Positions 14,329-31,562 of a stretch of DNA of 64,000 nucleotides are shown here, in pieces. Numbering within the stretch: the first letter of the stretch is position 1; every line of letters starts with the position of its first letter. The stretch spans positions 1,199,475 to 1,263,474 of the forward strand of contig JBBPEB010000033.1 of assembly GCA_039096225.1 (NCBI GenBank). Direction: 5' to 3'. Made by a program: the position numbers and the translations under genes. The DNA comes from Blastocystis sp. Blastoise. Lineage: Eukaryota > Protista > Bigyra: Opalinata. The notes below the pieces were generated by a model. The model was not told the DNA's origin and did not search any database. It saw only the letters and a program-made list of their open reading frames with translations.

Positions 14329-15705
14329 ATAATAAAATGATATATATATATATATATATAGATACTTCATCATCAGAGAAGATGGTTTACCGACATAAAA
14401 ACCTTTTTTACCTGAAGCCATTTCAATACAAGCATTAAATGCACCTATAGTATAGAATATAATAATGATATATATAATAAATATAATATATATAATGAAT
14501 ATAATAAAGAATATAATAAATATAACAATGAATATAATAAATATAATAAATATAATAAAGAATAATAAATAATAATAATTGAATATAAATAATAATAATA
14601 ATATTATATACCACATCCTGGTTTTATTCCTCCATTAACAAGGCAATTTGCATCAGGATTTGTATATATCAATTTAGCGCCATTGGCAACAAGGCGGGAA
14701 GCATGGGTAATCTTAATAGATTATAATGATAAGAATAAATATAAATATAAATATAATTTTAATAATTATAACAATAAAATAATAAACATAAATATAATTA
14801 ATAATAAACAAATTGAACATTATAAAACTAAATTATTATTTTATAATAAATAAAAATAGTGTAAAAATAAAATAACAAAAATAAAACTCTCTCTATATAT
14901 ATATATATATATACAGTATCAAAATTAATAGTTCTTCCTTCTCCTATTACTACATAATCTGGTTTAATTTCATCAATAATAAACCCCTTCTCATATAAAG
15001 CAATCTGTATACCTGGCTCACCTACACAATATACCTTACCTCCTTTCTATATATATAGATTTATAGAAAATATATATAAATATTTAAAATAAAAAAATTA
15101 ATATATAAATATTTAAAATAAAAAATGATTATATATTTGATAAAAATTAAAAATGATTATCTATTTGCTAAAAATCAAGAACAATATATATAAAATTAAA
15201 TATTAATAAATATAACAATATATACACCATTAGTTTGATGATAAAGGAAACGAGCAGTTGCAATTGCACTTGTATAGAAATGTTCAATGCCAATCTAAAT
15301 ATTGTTCATAATCTTAAAAATAGTAAAATACATTTAATCCAAGTCGTTGTAATTTGGATTGAAGTTCTTTAGGAGTCGGAGCAGAATTATTTGTTAAAAA
15401 CAAATACTTTTTGTTATTCTATTAAAAAAAAGCAAATAGAATGTTTATTTTAATTATATAAATAATTGTATTATATATACTGTTTCTAACCACTCAATAA
15501 ATTCGGTTATATAAGGTAATAAAGTATCGCCGTGATAAATGACACCATCCATATCAATAATAAATCCATTCTTTTGACGTATCGCATTGATTCTCTCTTC
15601 AAAATCAGGAATGATTATCTATATGAATAAAAATAGAGAGTAGAGCAATTTTACTTTGATAGATTCAGCAACTTGTTCAAAATCTTTTCCACTAGGGGCT
15701 TCCAT
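13909..15705 (-). CDS. HAD-superfamily IIA phosphatase, NagD-like
   Basis: Motifs GFIIDMDGVIY, FLTNNS, YTNPD, GKPS, IIGDNMKTDVLAG, LVLTGVT across spliced exons; TAA at 13909-13911. Confidence 0.9.
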
Positions 15706-16134
15706 AACAACTGATTAAACTGTTTTACAATAAGAAATGACGAATAAAAATAATAATACTGTTATTTATTAAATAATAAATATACAAATAGGAAATGAAG
15801 ATTTCTTCTGACATCTGTTTTATAAGCAAATGTATTGAAACTGTGAGACACAATTCGATCTTTGTATTGTAACTGAACAGTCAGTGGTGTTTTTATTTCT
15901 TTTCCTTATTCATTTATTATCTTTTATTTAAATAATTAGTTCATCAACTTTATAAAATATAGGAATTGTAGATATGTAAATATATGTTCAATAAATCATT
16001 TATGAAAGAATCATTGGAATTTAATTAGAATGAAAAATAAACTACAAACAATGAAAATAATATATAAATAAAATATATAAAAAAACATTGTTTTATGGAT
16101 AAATAATAAAAAAAGATAAAGTGAATTATTTGGT

Positions 16135-17168
16135 TTAAATGGATTCAGCATCACTCCATTGATCACTCTTAAAGGGGCTATGATATCTATTCAACCATTT
16201 ATCTTGATAAGGTCTATCATATTTCCACATTAAACGAGCATGGTAAGGACCACGCTATATATATGTTATTATTATTTTGTTATATACATAATTATAAAGA
16301 AAAATAATAAAAGAATAATAAAATAAAATAATAATAAAATAATATTATAATAAATAATAAAATAATAATAATAAATAATAATATATACAGCTTTCATTTC
16401 AGTCACAACCGATCTTCTTAATACTTTATCCCCAAATACCTTATATACATAAGGAGAAGTAGGAGTAGGAGTCTCAATCTCATATTTATAAGCTATATAC
16501 ATAATATTATAATAATCATTTATATATTCATGAGAAGCTTAAAAATAATAAATATTAAAAAAATAATAAAATAATAAAATAATAATATAATTAAAAAAAA
16601 AAAATAAAAAAATCATAAAAAACACAACTTCTTCTATGCTTACCATATCTGTTACAGAAGGTGACAGCATTTTCAAGAGAAGTAAATTGAAGTTGATCGG
16701 CAGCATATATATCTCCAGAAGCATAATTACCCATAATACTTTCAGTAAAAGAATTGGTATTATCCATTTCCCATTTAATATACCAAGGCTTAGAATGTCT
16801 TCCAGAAGGTTGTTGACTTTCATCATATTTATAAATGATAGCCTATAAAAAATAATCATAAAAATATAAAATTTGTGTAAATGTGTTTAATTAAATAAGA
16901 ATAGAACAAAGAGAAATACCTTTCTATTCTGATAAGAAGGATTGTAATTCTTTCCAGCTTGATAATCTACATAATCACGTCTCTTTTCAAAATCGAATTT
17001 GGAACATTCAGGATCCACAATATCATTATGAGATTTAATAATAGGAGTATTATCTACATCTGGAGGTGGAGGTGGAGGAGGAGCCTTAGCACCTTTAGGA
17101 GCTTCAGCGAAAGATCTGAAGAATGTAGGTTTACAAACAGAAATAACTCTGAAAGAACGAGCTAACAT
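16135..17168 (-). CDS. NDUFS4: Mitochondrial complex I accessory subunit NDUFS4-like, with targeting presequence
   Basis: Presequence MLARSFRVISV; core AIIYKYDESQQPSG..PWYIKWE...ESIMGNYASGD...LQFTSLENAVTFCNRYG.YEIETP fits the NDUFS4 pattern; four exons. Confidence 0.7.
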
Positions 17169-17926
17169 TTATTTCCCTTTATATCAACAAATAATAATAC
17201 TCTATAAAAAAGTAGTGTTGTTTGCCGTCACTAGGCACAGTCGCGGTTATTTTGACAAAATGACGATAAACCATGTCTTCTCTTCTTTTTGTCTTTTTCT
17301 ATTCTTTTCTTTGATTTTATTGGTAATTATATGTGTCTTAGTAACACTATCTCTATTCTACTCAATAGAATAATTGATATCTTCTAATACTCCATATGAT
17401 TGGCTTCCCTTTTAAAAAAGAGTAAATAAAAAGTTACCTATTTCTTGTGGGGGTATTTACACATTTCACTAGGGAAAAAGGAAAATATTACGCATCTAGG
17501 GGGTAATTCCCTCTAAAAAACAATTTATTTATTTTTATTAAAAAAAATATTTTTTTGTATCTCCTTTTACATGATTCGTTATTTATTCTTTATAGAATAA
17601 CTAATCTTACCTTTTAGTTAATAAAATCATATCATAAGATGGAAGATATATATAAATATGAGTATAAAGTCGATACAAAAGTCACGTTTTTAAAATTCAT
17701 TGTTATTTATGATTTTAAATTAGTTTAGATATGCGAGAAATATAGGTAATAAGAATGAACAATACTAATCTGAAATGATAATGCTACTAATGTTACAAAA
17801 TGACCCATAATAATGATTATAAACAAATATGCCAGATTTTAACTGAAAAAGAAGAATATTTATAGGAACATCATAGAAGAGTAAAAGACAACCCTATCCT
17901 TCTAGTTATTTTTGTAGATATGTGGA

Positions 17927-18280
17927 TTATTCAAGTGGAACGACACACCAATCACGAATTTCATATTCTGTAACAAGACCATTCTGATAGTAAGGATCAT
18001 TAGCAACGAATTCTTTGATTTCTTCAGGGCGCTTGCATTTGAACATAAAACAAGCACCATCAGGAGGATTTGCATAAGCACCAACTTGAAGACATTTTCC
18101 TTTAGCATGGTATTCTTTGGCATTAGCTAAGTGTCCAGGTCTGAAAGGACCTCTCTTCTCAAGAATACCAGGAACATATTTATAGAAAAGAAGATAATAG
18201 TGATCGGGAAGAGCAGTAGTTATGCTACGTGCAAGAATAGGATTGGTTAGAGGATTGATAGAACGGACTAACTTATTCAT
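17927..18280 (-). CDS. YciI-like protein with probable mitochondrial presequence; intronless
   Basis: R..FRPGHL, GAYANPPDGA and FVANDPYYQNGLV..YEIRDW are YCII-domain motifs; N-terminal MNKLVRSINPLTNPILARS. Confidence 0.85.
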   Translation of the reverse strand: MNKLVRSINPLTNPILARSITTALPDHYYLLFYKYVPGILEKRGPFRPGHLANAKEYHAKGKCLQVGAYANPPDGACFMFKCKRPEEIKEFVANDPYYQNGLVTEYEIRDWCVVPLE

Positions 18281-19078
18281 TTGAAGACGGTTTCAAATAA
18301 AGAACGTAAATAAGAAAACTTTATAAATAGAAAATGAAAAGAATGTTCATGTTGAAAAGGAGATCTTTTTCTCAAGTTGATCAATTGCTGAAACGCAAAT
18401 ACAATGGAAACATCTTTTTATAGAAACACGGGGATATATATTTTTTATAGGGAAAATATTGTTTTTTTTTAGAATATGGAAAAGTTTCTCTGTAACTAAA
18501 TCCTGAGACAATAATGATCCTTTCAGGAATCAAATGACTTTTTTTTCAATTTATGGATTTGTACTTTTTCTATATTATTATTGTATTTTATAGTTTGCAT
18601 AAGGATAGAAAGACTTAATAATAAATGAAAATAGGTCTAATTAATATAAAAAGAGTAAATGATTGTGATTGAAAAATTATTCTTTATGTTGTTGATAATT
18701 AGACACACTATTTTGAATAATGTATAATATATATGCGAACTATGTGAAAGCCAGAGAATTGAGTGATGAATGGAAAACGAAATTGTTTTTCAAAGCAATA
18801 CATATACGAATATAGATGACTACAAAATAGAAAATCATGAAAAGGAATAAAGACTTATGTTGAAACAGAAAAGAATATGAATAGAAAAAGTGAAATGACA
18901 GTTTACATAGAAGATTGACAAGATAGAGTTACAAGAAAGATAAGTCAAATAGCGGAGAAGACCTCAATAATAATAAGATATATGCGAAATATACAGTTAT
19001 ACTAAACTTTATGAATTGATATATATTTGAAAAAAAAAGGATACTATTCTATTGAAGAAAAATGTTTTTTTTTTGTTT

Positions 19079-20410
19079 TTATTTTTTCGAAGAAACAGAA
19101 TAAATAAATCCATCATAAGCAGCGTATACTGATTGATCCTGAAATCCTAACTAAAAAAAATAAATGATAATCATAATAAATATATTATATATATATATAC
19201 TTTCGCTATATCTTCAATATCTCTCATAAAATCATTTTTTTCATAAAAAGATTCACCTGAATATTTTGTTGAAAAATGAGTTAAAATTAATTCAGAAGCA
19301 TTAATCTCTTTTGCAAATTCACCTGCCATAAATGCGGTTGAATGTTTATGATTAAAAGCTTCTGCTTCAATTTTCAGATATTTATAATCTATATAAATAG
19401 TATTTATAATAATAATAATTGTTGATGATAATAATAATAATAATAATAATTGTTGATGATAATCATAATAATAATAATAATTGTTGATGATAATCATGAT
19501 AATAATCATATATATATATATACTATTTCGAATATCAAAGGAAGATTCTTCAAGAATAGAACCCATATCTTTCGGATCTATATTATAATTATAGTATACA
19601 CAGAATAATAATAATATATATAAATAATATATAAATAGAATAATATAATGATATGTATATGTATATATATATATATATATACTATAGTCATCATATAAAT
19701 CATATAAAGTCGGACCTACAGTCGATTCATGAACTATAACATCTGCATTTCTGGCAATAGACGCAATTGGCCTATATATTATAGCATAGTATATTATATT
19801 ATAATTCTTATATTATTGTTATATATTATGTTATATTAAATTAAATTAAATTAAATTATATTATTACTATATATTTTGTTATATTATATTATATCTAATA
19901 AATAAACATAATAATAATCATAATAAAAATAAACTTTATAAACATAATTATATATATATATATATATATACATAGGATTACAAGTATCTCCCAAAATGAC
20001 TATTTTCCTTCCAGAGGTAGGGGGAGATATATATTTAGGATCGGGATATACGACAACTTGACCATTAGGGAGATTCAAGGTCTCGCCTTGCTATATAGGG
20101 GAAACATAATATATATATATATATTGAGTGGAAAAAAATAACTACGATAATAATAATAATAAACATGATAATATAATATTTACTTTGTATCGTGTAATAA
20201 GATTAAAGCAATATTGTCTGATATCTCTCTTAGTATAATCCCCCGTATCTAAAAGATACTGTCCCATACGATCCATAACGTCTTTAAACGTATCCATATG
20301 AATATTCCCTATATGATATATATAATATATATATATATACCTGGTCTTTCAACTTCTTCAAATACATATCCAACAGTCATTCCTATGTATATAATAATAA
20401 TAATAATAAT

Positions 20411-20445
<35 letters not shown>

Positions 20446-21503
20446 CCTCTGTGTTCAATTTCAGTTGCTTTTACATTGATAAACTGATTCTAAATAATAT
20501 AATAAACAACATTATAATAATAAATATAATAAATATAATAAATATGATGAACAATAATAATATATATTTACAGAAAGAACAGTATAGACTCCTTCTTGAT
20601 TTGGATATATAGCTGTATAACTATATAATAATTGCCATTCTTCTGGACATACAGGAGGTTCATCTATTTATATATAAATATCATCACATTCATAATATAT
20701 ATATAATAAACATAATAAACAATAAATAAAACAATAAAAAAAAATAAATAAAAATAAAAAAAAATTAAATAATAAACAATAAATAATAAACATAATAAAC
20801 AATAAATAATAAACATTATAAACAATAAATAATAAACATTATAAACAATAAATAATAAACATAATAAACAATAAATAATAAACATTATAAACAATAAATA
20901 ATAAACATAATAAACAATAAAAAATACACATACAATTATCTACAACCATTTCATGGATATGAAGTTGACATAAGGGATGAGCTCCTCTAGATGTGAACAT
21001 TTGTGTGACAAAATTATATAAGCCTTGAGGACCATATATATTTAATATAGGTTGGGGTCGCATGGATAGACTATCAAATCCTATAATAGAAAGCAAATAA
21101 AGAAGAATAACGATTGATAATAAAGATATAACTTAATTCAAAACATACCAATAGAAGAAACAAGGTTTAATAGACCAGATACATGATCACCATGAAGATG
21201 AGTAATAAATATATCATTTATTTTGCCAATAGAGAATAACTTATAATTAGGAATAGCTTCTGGATATGATCTTGTGTAATACCAATTCACATTGAGAATA
21301 TTTCGCTCAATACCTATACGAATATTATTAATTTATTATACTAATTACCATCACCACAATCAATCAAGTAAACTTTTCCATCTCGCGTACGAAAACCAAT
21401 CGAAGTTGCTAATCATATTACTTATAATTACATGAAACTTACTATTTCTTGATATTGTAGGTCTCATAGCACCTGTACCAAAGAAATAAAGAGTTGCTGA
21501 CAT
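19079..21503 (-). CDS. Short-form ribonuclease Z (tRNase Z-S / ELAC1-like metallo-beta-lactamase)
   Basis: FGTGA..PT..RN, LIDCGDG, IFITHLHGDH, IYGP.GL, KIVILGDT, HEST, HST, LILTHFS, AYDG motifs across many exons. Confidence 0.9.
20700..20925 (-). repeat. Compound minisatellite (units like aataaataataaacat(t/a)ataaac) in an RNase Z intron
   Basis: About seven imperfect ~22 nt tandem units. Confidence 0.8.
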
Positions 21504-22904
21504 ACTCTGACACTTAACTCGTATTTAAAAAACGTAGAGTATTCAATAAAACAAAAATTAAAAATTGTGAACGAGAAAAACTAGGCAACTAGTTCTTTTA
21601 TTGGATGTCTTCTTTCATTTGTGTCAGAAAAAAGTCCTTCTAACTGGCTTCTGAAGTGTATTCTATACATAATAATTGATAAAAGTTCTTTATGAATTAA
21701 TAACTCACAAAAAGAGAACATGTAAAATAGAATTGTGAGCATGATATTTTTGTTTTTTTATTAGTCAATAATAGTATTACTTTATATTGATAGGTATATA
21801 GTGTGGTTTTATATATCATATTAATAAGATACAAAAAATGTTCAAATAAAGTAAAAATCAGTGTATCTCTTTTGGTTTGTGTATTATGTGTTATTATGGT
21901 TATACCATATTACCTAGGTGATATATGTGTTGATTAAATGATGTACACTATGGTTGTTCTACTGTATATATAGATAAATGAGGATCTTCAAGAGATTATT
22001 ATGTTTTTTTCATTCATATCTCTTCTTCATATATAGAAAAAAATGCTATTAGATAATTAGAATATAATTAAACGAATAATAATTCTGATCATATATAGAA
22101 ATGGAATAAAAGTGTAGTTTTTAAAAAAATGGACTGATTTATGAACTTTGCTATTTTGTTTTTGTTTTTTTAGAGTATCCTAACCGGATATATAAAGATA
22201 ACAAACTAAAGGCACTATTCAAAATCTCAAAGGGTTTCTAACAAGAATGATAATGATCATTTTTTTACATATATATATATTAAAATATATATATATATTT
22301 TACTTTGCTAAACTATTCTTCATATAGAATCAATATAAAACATAAATCTTATATCAATGATTCTATGGTATTCATGTATATAATAAAAACATAGAATAAA
22401 GAAAAACGAATTAACAAAAAACTCTTTTTTTCATATAAAGTTAGCAATGGTTTGTCAGATTATAGGCATGAAAGCTAAGTATTTAAATGAGACAATAACT
22501 AAAACTACAACCCTTTTTTCATTAATCAACAACTAATTTCTTTTTCTTCACTGATTTTTCTGGTCGAAACCTGATAATAAGGTTTTTATTGACTTTTTAT
22601 ATATCTGCTCATAATAATATGAATAAAGTATCGTGAATTTTACACTATTTTTATAAGTAAAGAGTATAGAATGTAATTAATAATAGTATTCTAAACGAAA
22701 TGGATCAGAAATCACTATTGATTTCGCTACCATTCATTTTTGGAGCATCATCGTTTACATTCCATAGAATCACGGTTATTCACTGACACTCCTTGGAATA
22801 ATAATTATTCTTACACTTTTTTATATATGTTTAAAGCTTTTTATTATTATTTTAAAAATGAAGAAGCAGATATTCAATTCAAAATAAAAATAAGTGACAA
22901 ATGC

Positions 22905-22912
22905 AACAAACA
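22905..22912 (-). promoter_or_regulatory. TGTTTGTT element, candidate 3'-end processing signal downstream of GlyRS
   Basis: Exact motif ~90 nt after the GlyRS stop on the coding strand; matches the polyadenylation-associated motif described for Blastocystis. A single instance in AT-rich DNA. Confidence 0.3.
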
Positions 22913-22999
22913 AAATAAATAAAAGTAAAATGACAACTAATAAATTTTAAATAAAAAATATTTTAAATAGTAAAATAAAATTAATATTTATAATAGTTT

Positions 23000-23123
23000 T
23001 TAATCTTGATTTTTGGTATCAACAACAGGATAATTCTCAACAGCATGTGCCCAAGTCTTCTTTTCAAGAACTAAATCATGAATTAAATTAGTAAGATCTT
23101 TAACAGGGACACGAACCTATAGA

Positions 23124-23193
<70 letters not shown>

Positions 23194-24151
23194 TATATAT
23201 AATTATATAAATATACTTGTTGCATAGAGTCTCTTTCTCTTACAGTAACAGTATTATAAAGAGGAGAATCACTAGTAACAGTATCAAAATCAACAGTAAC
23301 AGCGAAAGGAATACCAATTTCATCAGTACGAGCATATCTTCTACCAATAGAAGCAGAAGTAGTATCAATCTTAGTAGAGAATCCTAAATCCTTAATATCT
23401 CTGGAAATTGATTCAGCAATAGGTTGAAGAAGAGCAGAATTCGAAAGAGGGAAAATAGAACATTTTACAGGAGCAACCTAGATATATATATAATTATATT
23501 ATTATTATAATAGATATAAATATATAAATACACAAGGTCTAAATTTCATAACATTTCTCTTTTCACTATCTATATATAATAATAATAATATAATAAATAA
23601 TATATATATATATATACCTTCTCTAATATAGAAACTATGTTCAAGAATAGCATATAAAAGACGACCAACACCAAAAGAGGGTTCTATAACGGAAGGAACA
23701 AATTTATCCTCATGGATCTTCTTAATAGATTTCTTGAAAGTGACCATATCTTTAGTAAGGGTCTATATAATTATATTATTAATAGTATATTGTTATTTAA
23801 TTTTTATCATAATAACTATAATAATAGATCAATAATAATATGTATTTTTTATTATATTCAATATTATAATAAATAAAAATAAGTATATATACATAAGTAT
23901 TTCCATTGTCAAGAGGACCAACAGTATAAGATTCATTATTTTCAAACGCATTCACTATCTTTTCAGTTAATTCTAAATCAGATTCACTAATATTCTTTAT
24001 ATATTCCTTTACTAGATTCTGTTCTTTCTTAAAGTTCATACCTAATACTTTATTATTAAAGTTAGGTACAAATACTTCAACAGAAATAGGAGTATCATAT
24101 TTAACACTTGCAGATAAATCAACCTTAGTCACTCTACTATGATTCTATATA

Positions 24152-24182
<31 letters not shown>

Positions 24183-24894
24183 TATATATATATATATATA
24201 CAGTAAGATCGAAGCAGGATCTATCAGCGATACCTACACATTCAGTCCAGCCGTAGGATAACTTGATTTCAGCATCCCAACAATCACTACTATAATGAGC
24301 CATCTCTATATATAATAATAATAATATAAGTAACTATAATATATAATATAACTAACTATATATAATAATAATAATAATAACTATATATAATAATAATAAT
24401 AACTAACTATAATATATAATAATATAACTAATTATAATATATATACCAGTTTCAAGATGTTGTCTGAAACGAAGTCTGGTGTTATCAATACCAACAGTAG
24501 TTAAGAATTGATATACTCTTCCTAAGAAATAAGCTAAAGTCTCATTATTAATAGTACCAGCATTTACAGCTTCTTCTACTATATATATATTATTATTATT
24601 ACTAATATAGGTCAATAATATCATATATATTAATTTATACTTAAACAAAAAAAAAACTACATATATTTATAATAATAATAATATATACAAGTAGGATTAA
24701 TAATTTTTCCATCTCCTTTTTGATGTTCTCTAGGGAATAGAGGAACATGTAAATCTTTAAGATTTTTAAATTTAGGATGACTCTTATCTTTAGGATTACA
24801 GAAATGTTCTATTTCCGCCATAGGGAATTCACGGACACGAAGTAAACCAGCACGAGGAGAAATCTCATTACGGAATCCAGTACCTACCTATAGA

Positions 24895-24993
<99 letters not shown>

Positions 24994-26191
24994 CTTGAGC
25001 AGCAGCGAAAGGGAATTTATGGTTATTATAATCCAATAAACGTTTAAAGTTGACGAACATACCTTGAGCAGTTTCAGGACGAAGGAAACCCTATATAAAC
25101 ATATTTAATAAACATATTTAATAATAAACATAATAATAAACATAATAATAATAATAAATAATAAACATAATAATAACCGTATATACTTGATTATTTCCTT
25201 CAGGACCAATGTTAGTAGCGAACATAAGATTAAAAGGATAAGGTTTAGTAAGATCATTTCCAGTAATAGTAGCCTTAATATCATATTTAGCAAATAATTC
25301 TTCTAATTCTTCAGGAGAATAAGAATCAGCTTGAATACTATAATATATATGTAGATATATAATAATAATAATAATAATATATTAAATGTAATAAATATAA
25401 TAAATATCATAATACATACCGTATTCTATCTAATTCTTGTCTTTGTTCTTCAGTAAGAGTGATATCTTCTAAGAGTTCATCTATCTTAGCTTCTAATAAC
25501 TTGTACACACATAGATTAAAGAAACATATATATATATATAATAAAACAATAAAATAAAATAAAATAAATAAAATAGAATAAAATATAATCATAATAAGGA
25601 TATATCAGCTCTGTAACAATCACCAGTTTTAACATCTTTAACCATTAAATCAGTAAATTTATCAACATGACCTGAAGTCTTAAGAACACAATAAGGAGTT
25701 AAGTTAGTACATTCAAGTTCAAGCATTTCTTCTTCTAAAATGAAATGTCTCTTCCAGAGGTTAATGAAATTAGCCTTTAAAGCACAACCAGCAGGACCAA
25801 AATCATAAAGACCAGCAATACCTCCATATATTTCAAAGGAAGGAACAACAAACATTCTACTAAGAGTAAGTTTATCAAAAGCAGCACGATCAAAAGTATC
25901 TTTCTCTTCATATTTCTTAACAGCTTCTTCTAATTCTTTCTTTAAATGTTGAAGAGTCTCAATAGCAGCAACAAGATCATTTTGTCCAGCATTATCTTTC
26001 TTAAGTTGTCTTACAACAGCTCCTTGTTGTACAACCTTAGCACGAAGAGCATCAACGTCTATAGTGGGTTCCATCTTCTTAGTTTTCTTACTGAATTGCC
26101 TTAAAGGAATAGTAGACTGTAAAGTAGTCTTATTTAAATTTAAAACAGTAAATGCGGTCTTTAAAAAACCTTTATTTATTAGTTTTTGCAT
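23000..26191 (-). CDS. GARS1: Glycyl-tRNA synthetase (eukaryote-type alpha2) with N-terminal targeting extension and WHEP domain
   Basis: [62 protein letters not shown]; WHEP-like [10 protein letters not shown]; TAA at 23000-23002. Confidence 0.97.
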
Positions 26192-26885
26192 TGAAAGAAA
26201 GAAAGAAAAAACAACTACAAAACAAAATATCGAAAAACCATGATTCTCAACGCCATTTCTGCATGAAATTCATTATTTCTCGTGTTTCTCGGCTCATCCT
26301 TTTGAATGGTCACAAACTTGTTTTTTATTCATTAATAAAATTCTTTTTATAGGGGAAACTCACCCTATTTTATTTTTGAAGAACAATGACACACTTCCTT
26401 ATGAACAACGTTTTGAAGACAGTTTCTTCTTTTAATAATCTTCAATATGTTTTTATTCATTACTCTATTGGATGAATATTTATAATTACAATATAGATAT
26501 GTGTTTCTTATTGAGAGTATCGGCCAACATCACGAAGGTTATCGGCAACAATCAAGGGAATCAGCCATTGTATGAAAGAATTCTGCTTTTTTCATTTTAT
26601 TGATCCAGAAATTTTATTTAGTGATTATTCATAAATTTCTTCAGCATAGAAATATAAATAGAAACTTGATAATAAAAGTAAAATTAATAAATGAAAAATT
26701 GATGACCTATAAAATAATGTGGCCAAAAAACACCAAGTTCCACGATTCATTACGTTACTTTTCAGGCTTCAAAACAATGGTTTTCTTTGAATGATTTCCG
26801 TGAAAAAGTCAATGAAGAAAGACACTTTTTTTGTTTTTGCCTTTCATCTATTTCTTTATCGTTTTCATACATTTAGAGAATTATT

Positions 26886-27615
26886 ATGTCTACTATATTA
26901 CAAGTAAAGAGAGTTCCTAATTCTGGTATATATAAATATGTATTTATATTATTCTTTGTATACATTAGTTTTCAAAAGTGCTACTGTAGATCAAGAAGGA
27001 AAGGAAGATGATCTTAATTATGATCTTGGAAATCTTGCTGCTTTCGATACACATGCATTAAATACAGAAGTATTTATTTTTACACACAATTTCTTCTTGA
27101 AACAGTTTTAATTTTATGAAATTCATATTTTTGTAAGTATAGGAATTGAAGAAGAATAAGGAAGAATATCTTCAAAGTGTTAGTAGAGATAATATTCAAT
27201 TATTATTCAATAAATTATTCCAATTACCTACTGAAGTCACTGAAGTTGGCCCAGTTGCTAATCTTCCTGAATGTACTTCTCAAATACCAAGAGAGAAACC
27301 TATTCCTGTTATTAAAGAAACCAAATGGGATAAATTCGCTCGTGAAAAAGGTATTAAACAAAGAAAACATAATCGTATGGAATTCGATGAACAAACAAAA
27401 GAATGGAAACCTATTTGGGGTTATGGGGTATATATAGTGATTTATTATTATTTATTTATTTTATTTTTTATTTATTATTATTTTATTTTTATTTATTTAT
27501 TTTATTTTATTTATTATTTATTTATTTTATAATATTTTTCATATATTTAAAATACATTAATGTTTAGAAAGCTAAAAAAGGAATGCAAGATGATAAATGG
27601 GTTTCAGAAGATTAA
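26886..27615 (+). CDS. RRS1: Ribosome biogenesis regulatory protein RRS1, C-terminally short; divergent from GlyRS
   Basis: YDLGNLAAFD, RDNIQLL, PREKPIP, TKWDKFAREKGI, WKPIWGY motifs; four exons; TAA at 27613-27615. Confidence 0.9.
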
Positions 27616-27953
27616 TAATAAGGTCATTTTAAAAAGAATTTATTTTTGTTTCTCTTGTTTTATGTGTTTAGATATATGTATGTCATCAATTGGTTTGTTT
27701 CTATTATTGTAGAAATATTTATATATTGATATTGATTTTATTTATAAAATAAACTAATAAGAGAATAAAATGGAAGTATTTATATTAAAGAGTATGAGAA
27801 GGAAATTGAATTGGATACAAAGAAATTTTAATTTTCAACGAAAACGAAATATATATAAAAATAAATCATTTTAGAATAAATAAAAAACTAAAATGTTATA
27901 ATGATATTATAATTAATATATATATATATAGCTTAAAGAAATCATTTGAATCT

Positions 27954-31562
<3,609 letters not shown>

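Noticed and set aside
20700-20925. CRISPR-like array
   Set aside because: Low-complexity tandem units with no unique spacers, inside a eukaryotic intron.
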